Assembly: GCA_019058295.1 (NCBI GenBank)
Contig: JAHPZI010000026.1
Coordinates: 1-64,000 of the forward strand
DNA: 64,000 nucleotides
Source: Promethearchaeota archaeon
Lineage (GTDB): Archaea; Asgardarchaeota; Lokiarchaeia; Sigyniarchaeales; SOKP01
Reading direction: 5' to 3'
The notes under the pieces were generated by a model, which saw nothing but the letters and a program-made list of their open reading frames with translations, was not told where the DNA came from and did no database searches. Of the stretch, positions 39,709 to 49,729 are shown one piece after another; positions within the stretch are counted from its first letter, which is position 1, and the number at the start of each line of letters is the position of its first letter. Both the position numbers and the translations under genes were made by a program.

Positions 39709-41745
39709 CTATTCTTTAAACTCAGATTTTTTTGGATGACTAATTAAGTGTAAAGAAAAAACATCTGCACCAGTTATTTGATTGTTTTTTATCGTAAAAT
39801 ATCTAAAGCCTGGCGCTTTAAACTTATCTTTTAACGATATGGGACCAACTGCTTGAGTTTGGAACACAAAAGGTTTATAAACATCGAACCAAATTTTTAA
39901 TTCATTCTGATCTTTGAATTTTTTAAAAAAATCTCTATATTTGTTAGTATAAACTTCTACAGGTACGGTAACATGAATAGGGAAAAAAAGATATCCAAAA
40001 TTGAATTTCTCGGGATTTTTTGTCTCTTTTAATCTAAATTCTTTAAGGGTATGGGTATGGCCACAGAGTACCAAATCTACTTTCCTTCTGATTATTTCAT
40101 CTGAGCCTGTAAAAATTCTAAGGAGATTAGCCCAATTATACATAATTGTTTGATATTTTAAATTTAATACTCGATCTAATCTAGAATCTCCAACATACTT
40201 CTCTAAATTATTCTCATAAAAATCTCTCCACATTATTTTTCGGTTCAATCTAAAAATCTTTTTAAATTTCCTCTGCGTCGATCGTCCAAGACGGGGAGAT
40301 ATAGGGGGTGTGTGCATTACGACAATAATTTTTTCATTATGTGATAATCTTATGTATGCTCTTAAAAGGTCAACTTGGTAGTCTTTTATTCCTTTAGTAG
40401 AGGGACCACCACTTAAGAGATCATGCATATTAGCAGTAGAATCTTGACCAGTATCAAGAAAGATAAAATTGTATTCATCTCCAATTTTCAATTTATAATT
40501 CAAATTGGGATTCAAATATCTAAAATAATCCCTTAAGTACTTATCCCTTGAACGTATAACTGTAAAATAATTAAAGAATTTAATATCATAATATCCTTTA
40601 ATATCTTTTTTCTTCATTCCAAATATTTTACGTACTTTTGCAAATCTTAAACTATAATGTCCTTTACGATAGTCATGATTACCTACTAAAGTGAAAATCG
40701 GGGCTAATATTTCTTCTTTATTAATGTATTCTTCTTCTGTTAAATATGGATATTTGTCTAATCTCCTATTTATACCGAGTAAGATTTCAATAAACACAAA
40801 AAAATTGTTTTTATATTGATAATTCCCTCTGGCTATAGTAATATAATCTATTAAATCACCAGTCATTAAAACAAAATCTAATTCATCATCTTTAACCCTC
40901 TCATTAATATAATTAATCAATTTTCTCAAATTTTGGTTGAAATTATATTTACCATATCGTAAATCATTTAGATGGTCTTCTTGAAATTCCTTTCTAAATT
41001 CAAAATCTCTGGTTAAAATAAAATGAGCTTTACTTGAAAGTTGCTTTTTTAGAGTCCTATATTTTTTAATTTTATCTTTTGCTTTATCTTTTAAAAACTT
41101 CGAAATAAAATCATTTCTTCGAGCAACATGAAAATCTGTAGCATGTATAAATTTAAAATCATCCCAATCCTTATCAAAAAACGCAATTGCGTGATAATTA
41201 ATTTTCTCTTCAATTATATTGGGAATATCGTGAACTATATCAAATATTAAAGAAGATTTTTTAGAACTCTTTAAGAGTTTATGAATTACTTTTGCATTTT
41301 TCACTTGGAATTTGATGTTATAAAGATCTTTTCTCTCTCCAAAAAGACCTTCAATTTGTAACATAGTATTAAAAATATCCCATATTACACAATGCTCTTC
41401 ATTTAATACACTATCTTCTCTAAAATCTAATTTTTCTACTTTTTCAATCTCCTGTATTTGTAATGAATATTTTTCACCTCTCCTTTTGGAAAAATCTCCT
41501 TTATCATTTAAAATAGGTTGAATAAATAAATTCAAATGAAAAAATTGTAAAATTTCGTTTACATTTTGCCCAGGAATTGCAATTATTAATGCATCAAAAA
41601 CAATTTTTTTGATAAAATTACCATTATCGTCTATATAATCTCTTAGATTTATTAAAATTGGTTGCCCCAGATTAGGCTTGATGATTATAGGATATTTCCC
41701 TGTTTTCAAGTCTAAATTATACATCTTTAAGAGATCTTTTCTCAA
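39709..41745 (-). CDS. Calcineurin-like metallophosphoesterase with long N-terminal region and insertions
   Basis: TDFH, TGDLID, GNHD, MHTP, GHTH. Confidence 0.88.
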   Translation of the reverse strand: MRKDLLKMYNLDLKTGKYPIIIKPNLGQPILINLRDYIDDNGNFIKKIVFDALIIAIPGQNVNEILQFFHLNLFIQPILNDKGDFSKRRGEKYSLQIQEIEKVEKLDFREDSVLNEEHCVIWDIFNTMLQIEGLFGERKDLYNIKFQVKNAKVIHKLLKSSKKSSLIFDIVHDIPNIIEEKINYHAIAFFDKDWDDFKFIHATDFHVARRNDFISKFLKDKAKDKIKKYRTLKKQLSSKAHFILTRDFEFRKEFQEDHLNDLRYGKYNFNQNLRKLINYINERVKDDELDFVLMTGDLIDYITIARGNYQYKNNFFVFIEILLGINRRLDKYPYLTEEEYINKEEILAPIFTLVGNHDYRKGHYSLRFAKVRKIFGMKKKDIKGYYDIKFFNYFTVIRSRDKYLRDYFRYLNPNLNYKLKIGDEYNFIFLDTGQDSTANMHDLLSGGPSTKGIKDYQVDLLRAYIRLSHNEKIIVVMHTPPISPRLGRSTQRKFKKIFRLNRKIMWRDFYENNLEKYVGDSRLDRVLNLKYQTIMYNWANLLRIFTGSDEIIRRKVDLVLCGHTHTLKEFRLKETKNPEKFNFGYLFFPIHVTVPVEVYTNKYRDFFKKFKDQNELKIWFDVYKPFVFQTQAVGPISLKDKFKAPGFRYFTIKNNQITGADVFSLHLISHPKKSEFKE

Positions 41746-41862
41746 TATTTTAATTTAGGAAATTAATAATAAAATCTTTATTTATAATCTAATTTTTGGA
41801 TTTAAATGTTATTTATTATATTATTTCAAAATATTCAAAAGTTATATAAATGATATAAAAAT

Positions 41863-43338
41863 ATGAGTGAAGAAAGGTTATATCAGCCAGATTTTTCTAG
41901 TATTTTTGGAAAAGAATTTTCAAACGCTTTTCTTTATGGTCAAATCGATTCCTTAGTTTGGCCTATATTTACGGACTTAGAAAAGTCTGACACATTGAAA
42001 AATCTTTTAAAACTCAAAGATAACGAAGGTCGTGGATATTTTTATCATAGAAATATAAGTCTAGATGACGAAAAAATAGAATTAAATTGTTCAAATATAG
42101 ATCTTGCGTTAATTCAAGCATTAGAATTAGGAAGAGAATATGGAATTCCAAACTCTAATGTTGTAGCAACCGTTAAAAAAGAGCCTAATTTATTTAGAGC
42201 TGTATTATCTTTTAATATATCTCAAATTTCCGATTCCTTATCGGAGCTTAAAAGTCTTGAAAAAGAGGTTAATGTAGTTGGAATTGTTTTTTATCCTTCT
42301 TATACTAAATCTGAAATAATTACAGACAATAGACCTTTTGATGATTTTTTAGAATATTGTAGAAATAAAGATTATTTTATTAAGATTGATATTGGAAATC
42401 TAATGCTTCCTAAGAATTATCCGGAATTTACTTCATACATAAAAATCAAATCGTTTCTATCAAAACATCCTGAAAATATCGTCATTTTAAGTGGTTTGGA
42501 TATTTCTGGAGATTTTAATCTATATTATCAATTGGTTAAACTATATAATAATGTATGGATTGAGATTGATCCAAGATCCATTGGAGGTATGACTCCAACA
42601 GATTGTTTTAAAGAATTATTTTCAATTAAAGGTTTTATTCAAAATTGTTGGCATAGAATATTAATAGGAAGCGCAACTCCAACATTGGAAATCTCTCAAA
42701 TGGTACGAGGTTTTTTAGAAGCAACAGAAGATCTTGCTTTCTCTCAAAAATGTATCTTAAGAACATGGGGCTTTCGAAATGGCAATAGACTAAATTCATC
42801 AATCTTCTCTATTGAAAATATTGATTTAAAACAGTTTGAGACTATTATAAAAATTGATAATCCTTATGTTCTCGAGAGTGAAAATGAAGTTAATCTCATT
42901 TACAACATTAAATTAAGAAGTTTCAGCATTACTCAATTAATCTTTTTAACTCAATTAATAAAAGAAGTTCTTAGTGATTCATTAAATAAATTTCCAAATT
43001 TACAAAATGGGGAATTTTTTATTAGAACTTATCATACCACCACCTCTTTAATCGTTAATGAACATGAATTTGGAAATTACCTTGATATGCATTATATGTT
43101 TGCCGAAATTACGAGAAAGGACAGCTCAAAGTCTTTACATACTGTTAGAGCATTAGAAAACCGAGCCGATTTTAATCCCCTTGACCATCAAATCGCTACA
43201 ACTTATGGTCATAAACAATTAAATCTTCCTATTATAAAAAGAAATTTAGAAATTGGAAGCCGTGAAAACTTTTATATTCTAGTTACTTTTGGACCAAGAG
43301 TATTTCAACTTTATATTCAAATAAAACTACTAAAATAA
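41863..43338 (+). CDS. Fusion: degenerate amidohydrolase-like domain plus C-terminal YjbQ/UPF0047 domain
   Basis: C-terminal HTTTSLIVNE...H...L.IG....I....FGPR; N-part VVGIVFYP, KHP, NVWIE, RILIGS. Confidence 0.65.
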   Translation: MSEERLYQPDFSSIFGKEFSNAFLYGQIDSLVWPIFTDLEKSDTLKNLLKLKDNEGRGYFYHRNISLDDEKIELNCSNIDLALIQALELGREYGIPNSNVVATVKKEPNLFRAVLSFNISQISDSLSELKSLEKEVNVVGIVFYPSYTKSEIITDNRPFDDFLEYCRNKDYFIKIDIGNLMLPKNYPEFTSYIKIKSFLSKHPENIVILSGLDISGDFNLYYQLVKLYNNVWIEIDPRSIGGMTPTDCFKELFSIKGFIQNCWHRILIGSATPTLEISQMVRGFLEATEDLAFSQKCILRTWGFRNGNRLNSSIFSIENIDLKQFETIIKIDNPYVLESENEVNLIYNIKLRSFSITQLIFLTQLIKEVLSDSLNKFPNLQNGEFFIRTYHTTTSLIVNEHEFGNYLDMHYMFAEITRKDSSKSLHTVRALENRADFNPLDHQIATTYGHKQLNLPIIKRNLEIGSRENFYILVTFGPRVFQLYIQIKLLK

Positions 43339-43358
43339 AAAAAAAAAGAATTTATAAA

Positions 43359-46300
43359 TTATTTTTTAAACATTTCAACTATTTTTCGTCGCTTTAAGAT
43401 TAATGCAACAGATACTAACGCGATTGCCATTAGTAAGAACGAAAGTTCATAACCATAGATTATCTCTGCCCCATCATCACTATCATCATCATCTCCACCC
43501 ACAACAGGAATTCCACCTCGTGGACCCATAAATAACCATGCAACCATAACTAACAGGGTTCCATTTTGGTTATACACTTCTAAAGTTACATTATTATTTA
43601 CAGTATCTTTAGTAAATTTTCCCATGGGAAATTCAGATAACGGGATATAATCCCAAATACCAGATTCAGGATGAGAGGGATTATATTGATATACAGCTAA
43701 CCACTCGATTTTACTAACGGGATACCTTGCAGGTAAATCCATTTTAAATGTTAAATTATAGGCTTCATTCGTATGATTTATACAGAATAAATCAGTGAAA
43801 AACATTGGATTACCATGTGCCGTAGACAATGAGCTGTTTACAGGATTATGATATAGCACCGCTTCGAAGAAACTAAGGTTACCGAAATAATCAACTGTTA
43901 CAGTTGCGTTTATGTCAGGTATTATATAATTATCAAACTCAAAAGTTATATTATTAGGACCTGGACCCCCATCATAATTTATGTATGTATATTCCTTTTT
44001 AAAAATATTAGCGATAAATGTCTCACCTTCGTAATTCGCAAATGTGTACCAATAATTAGAAACACCAGTATCTATGTCCAAATACCATTCAAGAAATGCC
44101 GAAAAACTAGGCGCCTCAGGACTAGTTATATCAATTCTCAAAATTTCAGTCGTATTTAATGTTACGATTGGTTGTACTTCCCCTTCAAACATCATTTGTA
44201 CAGCAAAAAAAGCGAGAAAGTCTCCAAAAGTCTCAGCAAGATCATATGATTTTATCCCTTTTGGGGTTAAGATTGGTACGAAAGAGCCTGATAGATTAAA
44301 ATATTTAAAATAATCACCAATTGGAAATGGATAATAATTATTTGCTGCCCCTACTATAATAGTGTCATTTGCATAGATATCAAGATCTGTGAGATCAACC
44401 CATTCACCTATTTGGACTCCATTATCATCACTTATAATATTCCATACCTCAATTTTTGCCCATACATTTGAAAATGTTAACCAGGATTGAAAAACAGGTG
44501 GTCCCCCTTCATCTCCATTTCCATCATCACCACGAATTAAATCTCCCAGAAAAATAGCTGTTTGATTAATATCTACTATTGTTACATTGACTTCGATTGT
44601 TGGTCCACCCCTAGGAAAGTTTGAACCAAAATAATAGCTATCGCCTATTTCCACACCCCATTCGACTTTATCTGTGTGATTATAATTATTTACACTAATT
44701 GTTGTTAAATTAAATTCAACCATATTTCCAGAAAGATTGAATTCGACAGAAAAATCTGCTTTCATAATGGTGCCATTATTGTAATAAGATAATGCCATAT
44801 AGAAATCTGTATCAGTATCATTTAAAATTAAAGTTTGAGTAATTGTATTTACTTTAATCTCATCCCATATTGGTAATCCAATATCCCTAGCCATTTTTGA
44901 ACTGTAAAAACTCTCATTTAGAGCTCTTCCGATGGAAATCAAATGCAATTTTTTGAATCTCAGCGGTATAACACCTGGGAATCCCATTGAATGCTCAGAT
45001 ATATTCATATAAAATTTAGGATTAAAGGAAGAGCTGTAGTTGTATTCATTCAGAGAAAATTCATCCATATTTTTAGGTTTCACTAGTTTTCTAACTATTG
45101 GATCCCAGTATAACATTTCAGCGTTTATTTGATTCATCCAACAAACCAAACCATCTCCTCTATCTTTATTAATTAAACCCATGGAAGTAACATTCATTAT
45201 ATAAAAATCAACGAATGGGAAGGTTACTATACCCATTTCTTCAGATATCTTTCCATGTAAAGTTCCTGTAGTTTCATAATACATTTCTTCCCCGATATTT
45301 ATTTCAGATGACCAATTCCATTCTTCAGGCGCTCCTATTGCGTAAAATGATAAATGTTTACTATAAATTTCAATCCTATTTTTAGTTGTATTAATTGTGT
45401 AATTTACATTTTCTGTCAGCTCAATCCATTCAGATTCATTGAAATGTTCAGATTCATTGAACATGTAGACTTTAATCTTTTTTTCAGGTATTCCTGAGTT
45501 ATTCAATTCCCACTCGTCATATTTAATTGTTAAATTTGCCCATTCTACTAAATTCGACTTGTTTGTATAAGCATCGATATATATTGTAAAATTCTCGATT
45601 TCTTCATAGAATGGGACTCCGGCAGCCTCAAAGGGATTTTCTTCTAAAACTGAGTAATATAACTCTATAGTTGGAGTTCCGGTTGTTGTAAGGTTTAGCT
45701 GTACCTTATGATTTTCAACTGTTATTGGTTTGAAATCAAACTCATATTCTTCATCTACAATTGTTTTATTTTCTTTTCTAAACAGCATTCTTGAGATATA
45801 ACCCTCTTCCTCTGTTAACCATAGATTTACAATTCCAGATTCATTCGTTTTTATGAGAAGACGAAAGTTTGCCTCAGGAAATAATATCTCTAATTCATTC
45901 TCATCCGGAACATCGGGAATTCCCCCTTCCATAGAGAAGTGATCTCCCATAAATTCTAAATCTTCTTTTTCTGTTGTATTTGGGAATACACCTACCATAC
46001 CATTCTCAATTATGCTTGGGATGAATGGATAAAAATTATTCGCACTACCTAAAACTTGATTAGTTATAAATAAATTGTAAGTTTCTGTTGTATCATCCCA
46101 TATTGATATATTCCCAAGCACGTTCTGAAAAGTCATATTTATCGGACCCCAATACGTCATTACTTCTGCCATTGAATAGTTAAATCCATTTACATCAATT
46201 TTAAATTCTGAAAATTCAGGTTCTTCTTCACCACCTCTACTATCACTAAGACCATAATAGAACACATCTCCTTCATCCACTCCCCAATCAATTTCATCTG

Positions 46301-47105
46301 TGATGTTATATTCATCAACTTTCTTAATTGTGTAATTATAAAATCGCCAATTAGATTCTTGATTTCCATCATCTTCCAAAATTAAGATGCATGCTTCTTG
46401 ATATTCTAATTTATCATTGGAGTCATATTTAATTCGCACATAAAAATCACCTGTATAAAAATCTCCTGTACGATAAGGAACGGTATTATCATTATCTCCG
46501 AGGAAACTTATATTAAAACCACCCGTATTAGGAACTACAGAATTGAAATAATTCAACCTCCCCCATTGATATGGTTCATACAAAGACTCATTCAATATAT
46601 CTGCTATCACTGTAAAATCTTGTGTAGTACCATTTCTAGGAATAATAAATGGGGCGAATCCTCCCTCCGAAAAATAATATCTCTCGCGAGGAGTTCTTGA
46701 GTCATTATATCCAAACATAGCTAATGTATATGGTTCATGAAATTGTTTTAGAGAATCACTAACACAATCATAATAATATTCTGTAGCAGTGACTCGTGAG
46801 ACATTTGTAGCATCATAATTAGTGTAATCAAATGAAGTAATATTGATTATATGAATCGATTTAGATGAAAAAATTAAATTGCCTGTTTCATTATCATATA
46901 CTTCCATTTCCAATTCATAAATGAGCTGATCATCGACAGCAAACTCCCAATGCCACTCATTCCGAGGATCTACATAAGGATCTATTGGAATATTCTCATC
47001 TGCTTTTCCTGAAGGAATCAGGAATCCTAAGAGCATCGTAAAAGGTATAGCGACTGAAATAATTAAGATAATAGCTTGAACTTTTTTCTTTTTAGCTTCA
47101 TTCAT
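43359..47105 (-). CDS. Giant cell-surface protein with internal duplication and Loki-CTERM-type sorting signal
   Basis: Signal anchor; repeated W.V..GD..Y modules; many NxS/T sequons; GGDDDDSDDGAEIIYGY-TM-KRRK. Confidence 0.85.
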   Translation of the reverse strand: MNEAKKKKVQAIILIISVAIPFTMLLGFLIPSGKADENIPIDPYVDPRNEWHWEFAVDDQLIYELEMEVYDNETGNLIFSSKSIHIINITSFDYTNYDATNVSRVTATEYYYDCVSDSLKQFHEPYTLAMFGYNDSRTPRERYYFSEGGFAPFIIPRNGTTQDFTVIADILNESLYEPYQWGRLNYFNSVVPNTGGFNISFLGDNDNTVPYRTGDFYTGDFYVRIKYDSNDKLEYQEACILILEDDGNQESNWRFYNYTIKKVDEYNITDEIDWGVDEGDVFYYGLSDSRGGEEEPEFSEFKIDVNGFNYSMAEVMTYWGPINMTFQNVLGNISIWDDTTETYNLFITNQVLGSANNFYPFIPSIIENGMVGVFPNTTEKEDLEFMGDHFSMEGGIPDVPDENELEILFPEANFRLLIKTNESGIVNLWLTEEEGYISRMLFRKENKTIVDEEYEFDFKPITVENHKVQLNLTTTGTPTIELYYSVLEENPFEAAGVPFYEEIENFTIYIDAYTNKSNLVEWANLTIKYDEWELNNSGIPEKKIKVYMFNESEHFNESEWIELTENVNYTINTTKNRIEIYSKHLSFYAIGAPEEWNWSSEINIGEEMYYETTGTLHGKISEEMGIVTFPFVDFYIMNVTSMGLINKDRGDGLVCWMNQINAEMLYWDPIVRKLVKPKNMDEFSLNEYNYSSSFNPKFYMNISEHSMGFPGVIPLRFKKLHLISIGRALNESFYSSKMARDIGLPIWDEIKVNTITQTLILNDTDTDFYMALSYYNNGTIMKADFSVEFNLSGNMVEFNLTTISVNNYNHTDKVEWGVEIGDSYYFGSNFPRGGPTIEVNVTIVDINQTAIFLGDLIRGDDGNGDEGGPPVFQSWLTFSNVWAKIEVWNIISDDNGVQIGEWVDLTDLDIYANDTIIVGAANNYYPFPIGDYFKYFNLSGSFVPILTPKGIKSYDLAETFGDFLAFFAVQMMFEGEVQPIVTLNTTEILRIDITSPEAPSFSAFLEWYLDIDTGVSNYWYTFANYEGETFIANIFKKEYTYINYDGGPGPNNITFEFDNYIIPDINATVTVDYFGNLSFFEAVLYHNPVNSSLSTAHGNPMFFTDLFCINHTNEAYNLTFKMDLPARYPVSKIEWLAVYQYNPSHPESGIWDYIPLSEFPMGKFTKDTVNNNVTLEVYNQNGTLLVMVAWLFMGPRGGIPVVGGDDDDSDDGAEIIYGYELSFLLMAIALVSVALILKRRKIVEMFKK

Positions 47106-47218
47106 AAATTTTCAATCAAAATTTTTTATTAAATTTTTTAAAAATTTAATAATATTACTTATATTTAACAATTAATATATTTTTTAATAACAAAACTAAC
47201 GAGAGATTTTAATCCTCA

Positions 47219-47272
47219 GGACCAAGAGTATTTCAGATATTTGTTAGAATTAAATTACTAAATAAGAGATAA
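47219..47272 (+). pseudogene. Duplicate 3' end of the YjbQ-fusion gene
   Basis: GPRVFQIFVRIKLLNKR* vs GPRVFQLYIQIKLLK* (43291-43338); exact 17-mer ggaccaagagtatttca at 43291 and 47219. Confidence 0.85.
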
Positions 47273-47300
47273 TAAAAAAAAAAAATATTGTTTAATAATT

Positions 47301-49304
47301 TTATATTTTTTTACGTCGATTTAAGGTAATTATTACTGAAAATAGAGCGATTATTGCTATTAAGATGGAAATATCATAACCAGGAATAATTTCACCCTCA
47401 TCGTCATCATCGTCGTCATCACCTGCTCCAGGAAGGGCAGCGCCTGGTGGTATTGGCACTCCTATAGCAAAATAATTTGAGTTTGGACCCCCTTCAGCTG
47501 GAAAATATATATATATTACATTATTCACAGTATCAATTTCGTAAAACTCACTTGGGGCTGCCTCCCACTTCATTGTTTCAAAGTTAAAAGCATATGGTCT
47601 TAATTTTGCTTCATTAACTCCTGCCGCAGTTAACGCTGCACCATCGTAATATATGGTCAAGTTAGCAGATTCAACTGCTTTGGTATTGTTTGTATAAACA
47701 TCAAAGAAAAAGCGAACTGAAGCAGGAAGCTCCTCCTTAAAACGAAAATTTAATGGATTTTCTGGTAATAATGCCCAAAATAATCTGTAATCCTCACCGT
47801 AAGTCACATTTGTAGTTACATTTGCACGTAATTGCCAATTTGTGACTAAACTTGAATAACATAAAAAATCGGTTAGATTATTCGGTTCTAAGACAGTCGT
47901 TGTATTCTTATAAAAACTTATTATTTTTCCTTCTGGACCTTGTATTTTATAAAATTTCACTATGCCAGTTGCATTATCCGCTATTATTACGATTTCCGAT
48001 ATTTCATCACCATCTTCCAATCTTACTCTAAGTTCCCCGTTATTCTCAGTGAAATAGACTTTAGTCATCTCTACCATTGGTGCCGTAATATTATTCAGCA
48101 TAAATTTCCAATCGCTAAGCTTTGTATTTTTAGGAATAAAAAATAGTGGCAAGGGACCACCCTGGTAAAAAGGGAAATATGGATAGAGATTATTAGCTTG
48201 GTATATTAGAAAGTTTGTTTGTTGAGGATCCCATTTTTCTGATGTAAAATTCCATATAGATATGTTAACATAGATTCTGTAGAATGGCATAAAGCCTCCT
48301 GAGAAAAATTCGAACATAGGATCTGTAAATTGTTCTCTTTTCATTGCAGCAATATCTAATTTAAGTTCTAAGTCTCCCTCTTCTCCTGTATAGCCAAAAT
48401 AGAATGTATCACCAACATCAAAATCCCATTCAATTTCATCGGTTATATTGATGCTAAATACTCTTCGCATTGTAATATTAACTATAGTATCTAAACTACC
48501 ACTTTCACCTTGTACCAAGAAATAACCTTCAGCATATTTAAGAGTTCCATTATTATAAAAATACCAATCCCAATAATATCCGTCAGTTGAATTTTTAAAC
48601 CATATCTTATTCTCGCCTGGATCACTCCCACATAAGTCAAAATGACTCATGAAACCTCCCAAAGACATCATTTGTATATAAGTATTGTTTATAATATCAT
48701 CCATTACATTAACATCAACATTCGCAAATTTCGAACCATTAACAGGAAGTAATATTGGTTGATAAAATCCTTCCATTGCGGCATATTTCTCTGGAAAGAA
48801 GAGGTGAGTTCTATTATATCCGAACATAGCAAGTTGAAATGGAGGCACGTCTGGATTAGTTTCTAATTGTTTGGTGGTATAGTTAAAAAATAACAAAGAA
48901 CCATTCACACTCGATAAGATTTGTCCAGGTCCCATAAAATCTGTTGTTATATTTTCAAAAGAAGTAATATTAACAATACTGAATTCTCTCATAGCCATAA
49001 CTGCAGTAGTAAAATTTCGCATTGTAACATCCATCTCAAATATTAACTTTTCGCCTACATCCACATCATCATGCCAAGTCCATTCATTTCTAGGTTCAAT
49101 ATGTGTGGCATTGGGTATGTCTGGACCTTCTACTTGTGGTGTATCATCAGTATCTTTGATTACTTGAAGATTTTTATCTCTACTTGATATCTCGTTTTCA
49201 TCAGGAATATTTGCAACCATCGAATTAAAGAAAAATGCAGTCGGAAAAATAATAAGTAAGGTAAAAAGTATTATAATCCTTTTTTTCTGTTTTGTTTTAT
49301 TCAT
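47301..49304 (-). CDS. Cell-surface protein, single-unit paralogue of 43359-47105, Loki-CTERM-type C-terminus
   Basis: Shared PRNEW.W, NITSF, LAMFGYN, NITDEI.W motifs; DDDDDDEGEIIPGY-TM-RRKK. Confidence 0.87.
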   Translation of the reverse strand: MNKTKQKKRIIILFTLLIIFPTAFFFNSMVANIPDENEISSRDKNLQVIKDTDDTPQVEGPDIPNATHIEPRNEWTWHDDVDVGEKLIFEMDVTMRNFTTAVMAMREFSIVNITSFENITTDFMGPGQILSSVNGSLLFFNYTTKQLETNPDVPPFQLAMFGYNRTHLFFPEKYAAMEGFYQPILLPVNGSKFANVDVNVMDDIINNTYIQMMSLGGFMSHFDLCGSDPGENKIWFKNSTDGYYWDWYFYNNGTLKYAEGYFLVQGESGSLDTIVNITMRRVFSINITDEIEWDFDVGDTFYFGYTGEEGDLELKLDIAAMKREQFTDPMFEFFSGGFMPFYRIYVNISIWNFTSEKWDPQQTNFLIYQANNLYPYFPFYQGGPLPLFFIPKNTKLSDWKFMLNNITAPMVEMTKVYFTENNGELRVRLEDGDEISEIVIIADNATGIVKFYKIQGPEGKIISFYKNTTTVLEPNNLTDFLCYSSLVTNWQLRANVTTNVTYGEDYRLFWALLPENPLNFRFKEELPASVRFFFDVYTNNTKAVESANLTIYYDGAALTAAGVNEAKLRPYAFNFETMKWEAAPSEFYEIDTVNNVIYIYFPAEGGPNSNYFAIGVPIPPGAALPGAGDDDDDDDEGEIIPGYDISILIAIIALFSVIITLNRRKKI

Positions 49305-49462
49305 ATTTTTTCAGCAAAAAATTTTTTTTTTAGATTTTTTTAAAAATTAGTTAAATAAAAAATAGTTTGTTTAAGTTTTTATACTTTTCAGTAGTATTTT
49401 TATGTAAAATTCGATTAAAGATATTGGTAAAAATTAGAAATTTTTCGATGTACCCCATGCAA

Positions 49463-49552
49463 TTCTCATATTTAAATCTATTTATAATTCATTCATAAAA
49501 TTTTGAATTTATTTTGAAAAATTGGAAAAAATCAAACATTTAAATATGAGAA
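49463..49552. repeat. 15-bp perfect inverted repeat in divergent intergenic region
   Basis: ttctcatatttaaat (49463-49477) / atttaaatatgagaa (49538-49552), with outer taccc/gggta. Confidence 0.75.
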
Positions 49553-49729
49553 AAGGGTATAGATCTTAGACATTTTTTTTCATCGGATGATTTTATATGA
49601 TCAATTATCTATTTGTTTCAAAGACTATTTTAATAAAAAATCATCTAGGTTATTTTTTTTATTTAAAGGAAAATTAAGTTTTTAAAATCTGTAATTATAA
49701 TAACTTATCAATAAGAATATATTAAATGT

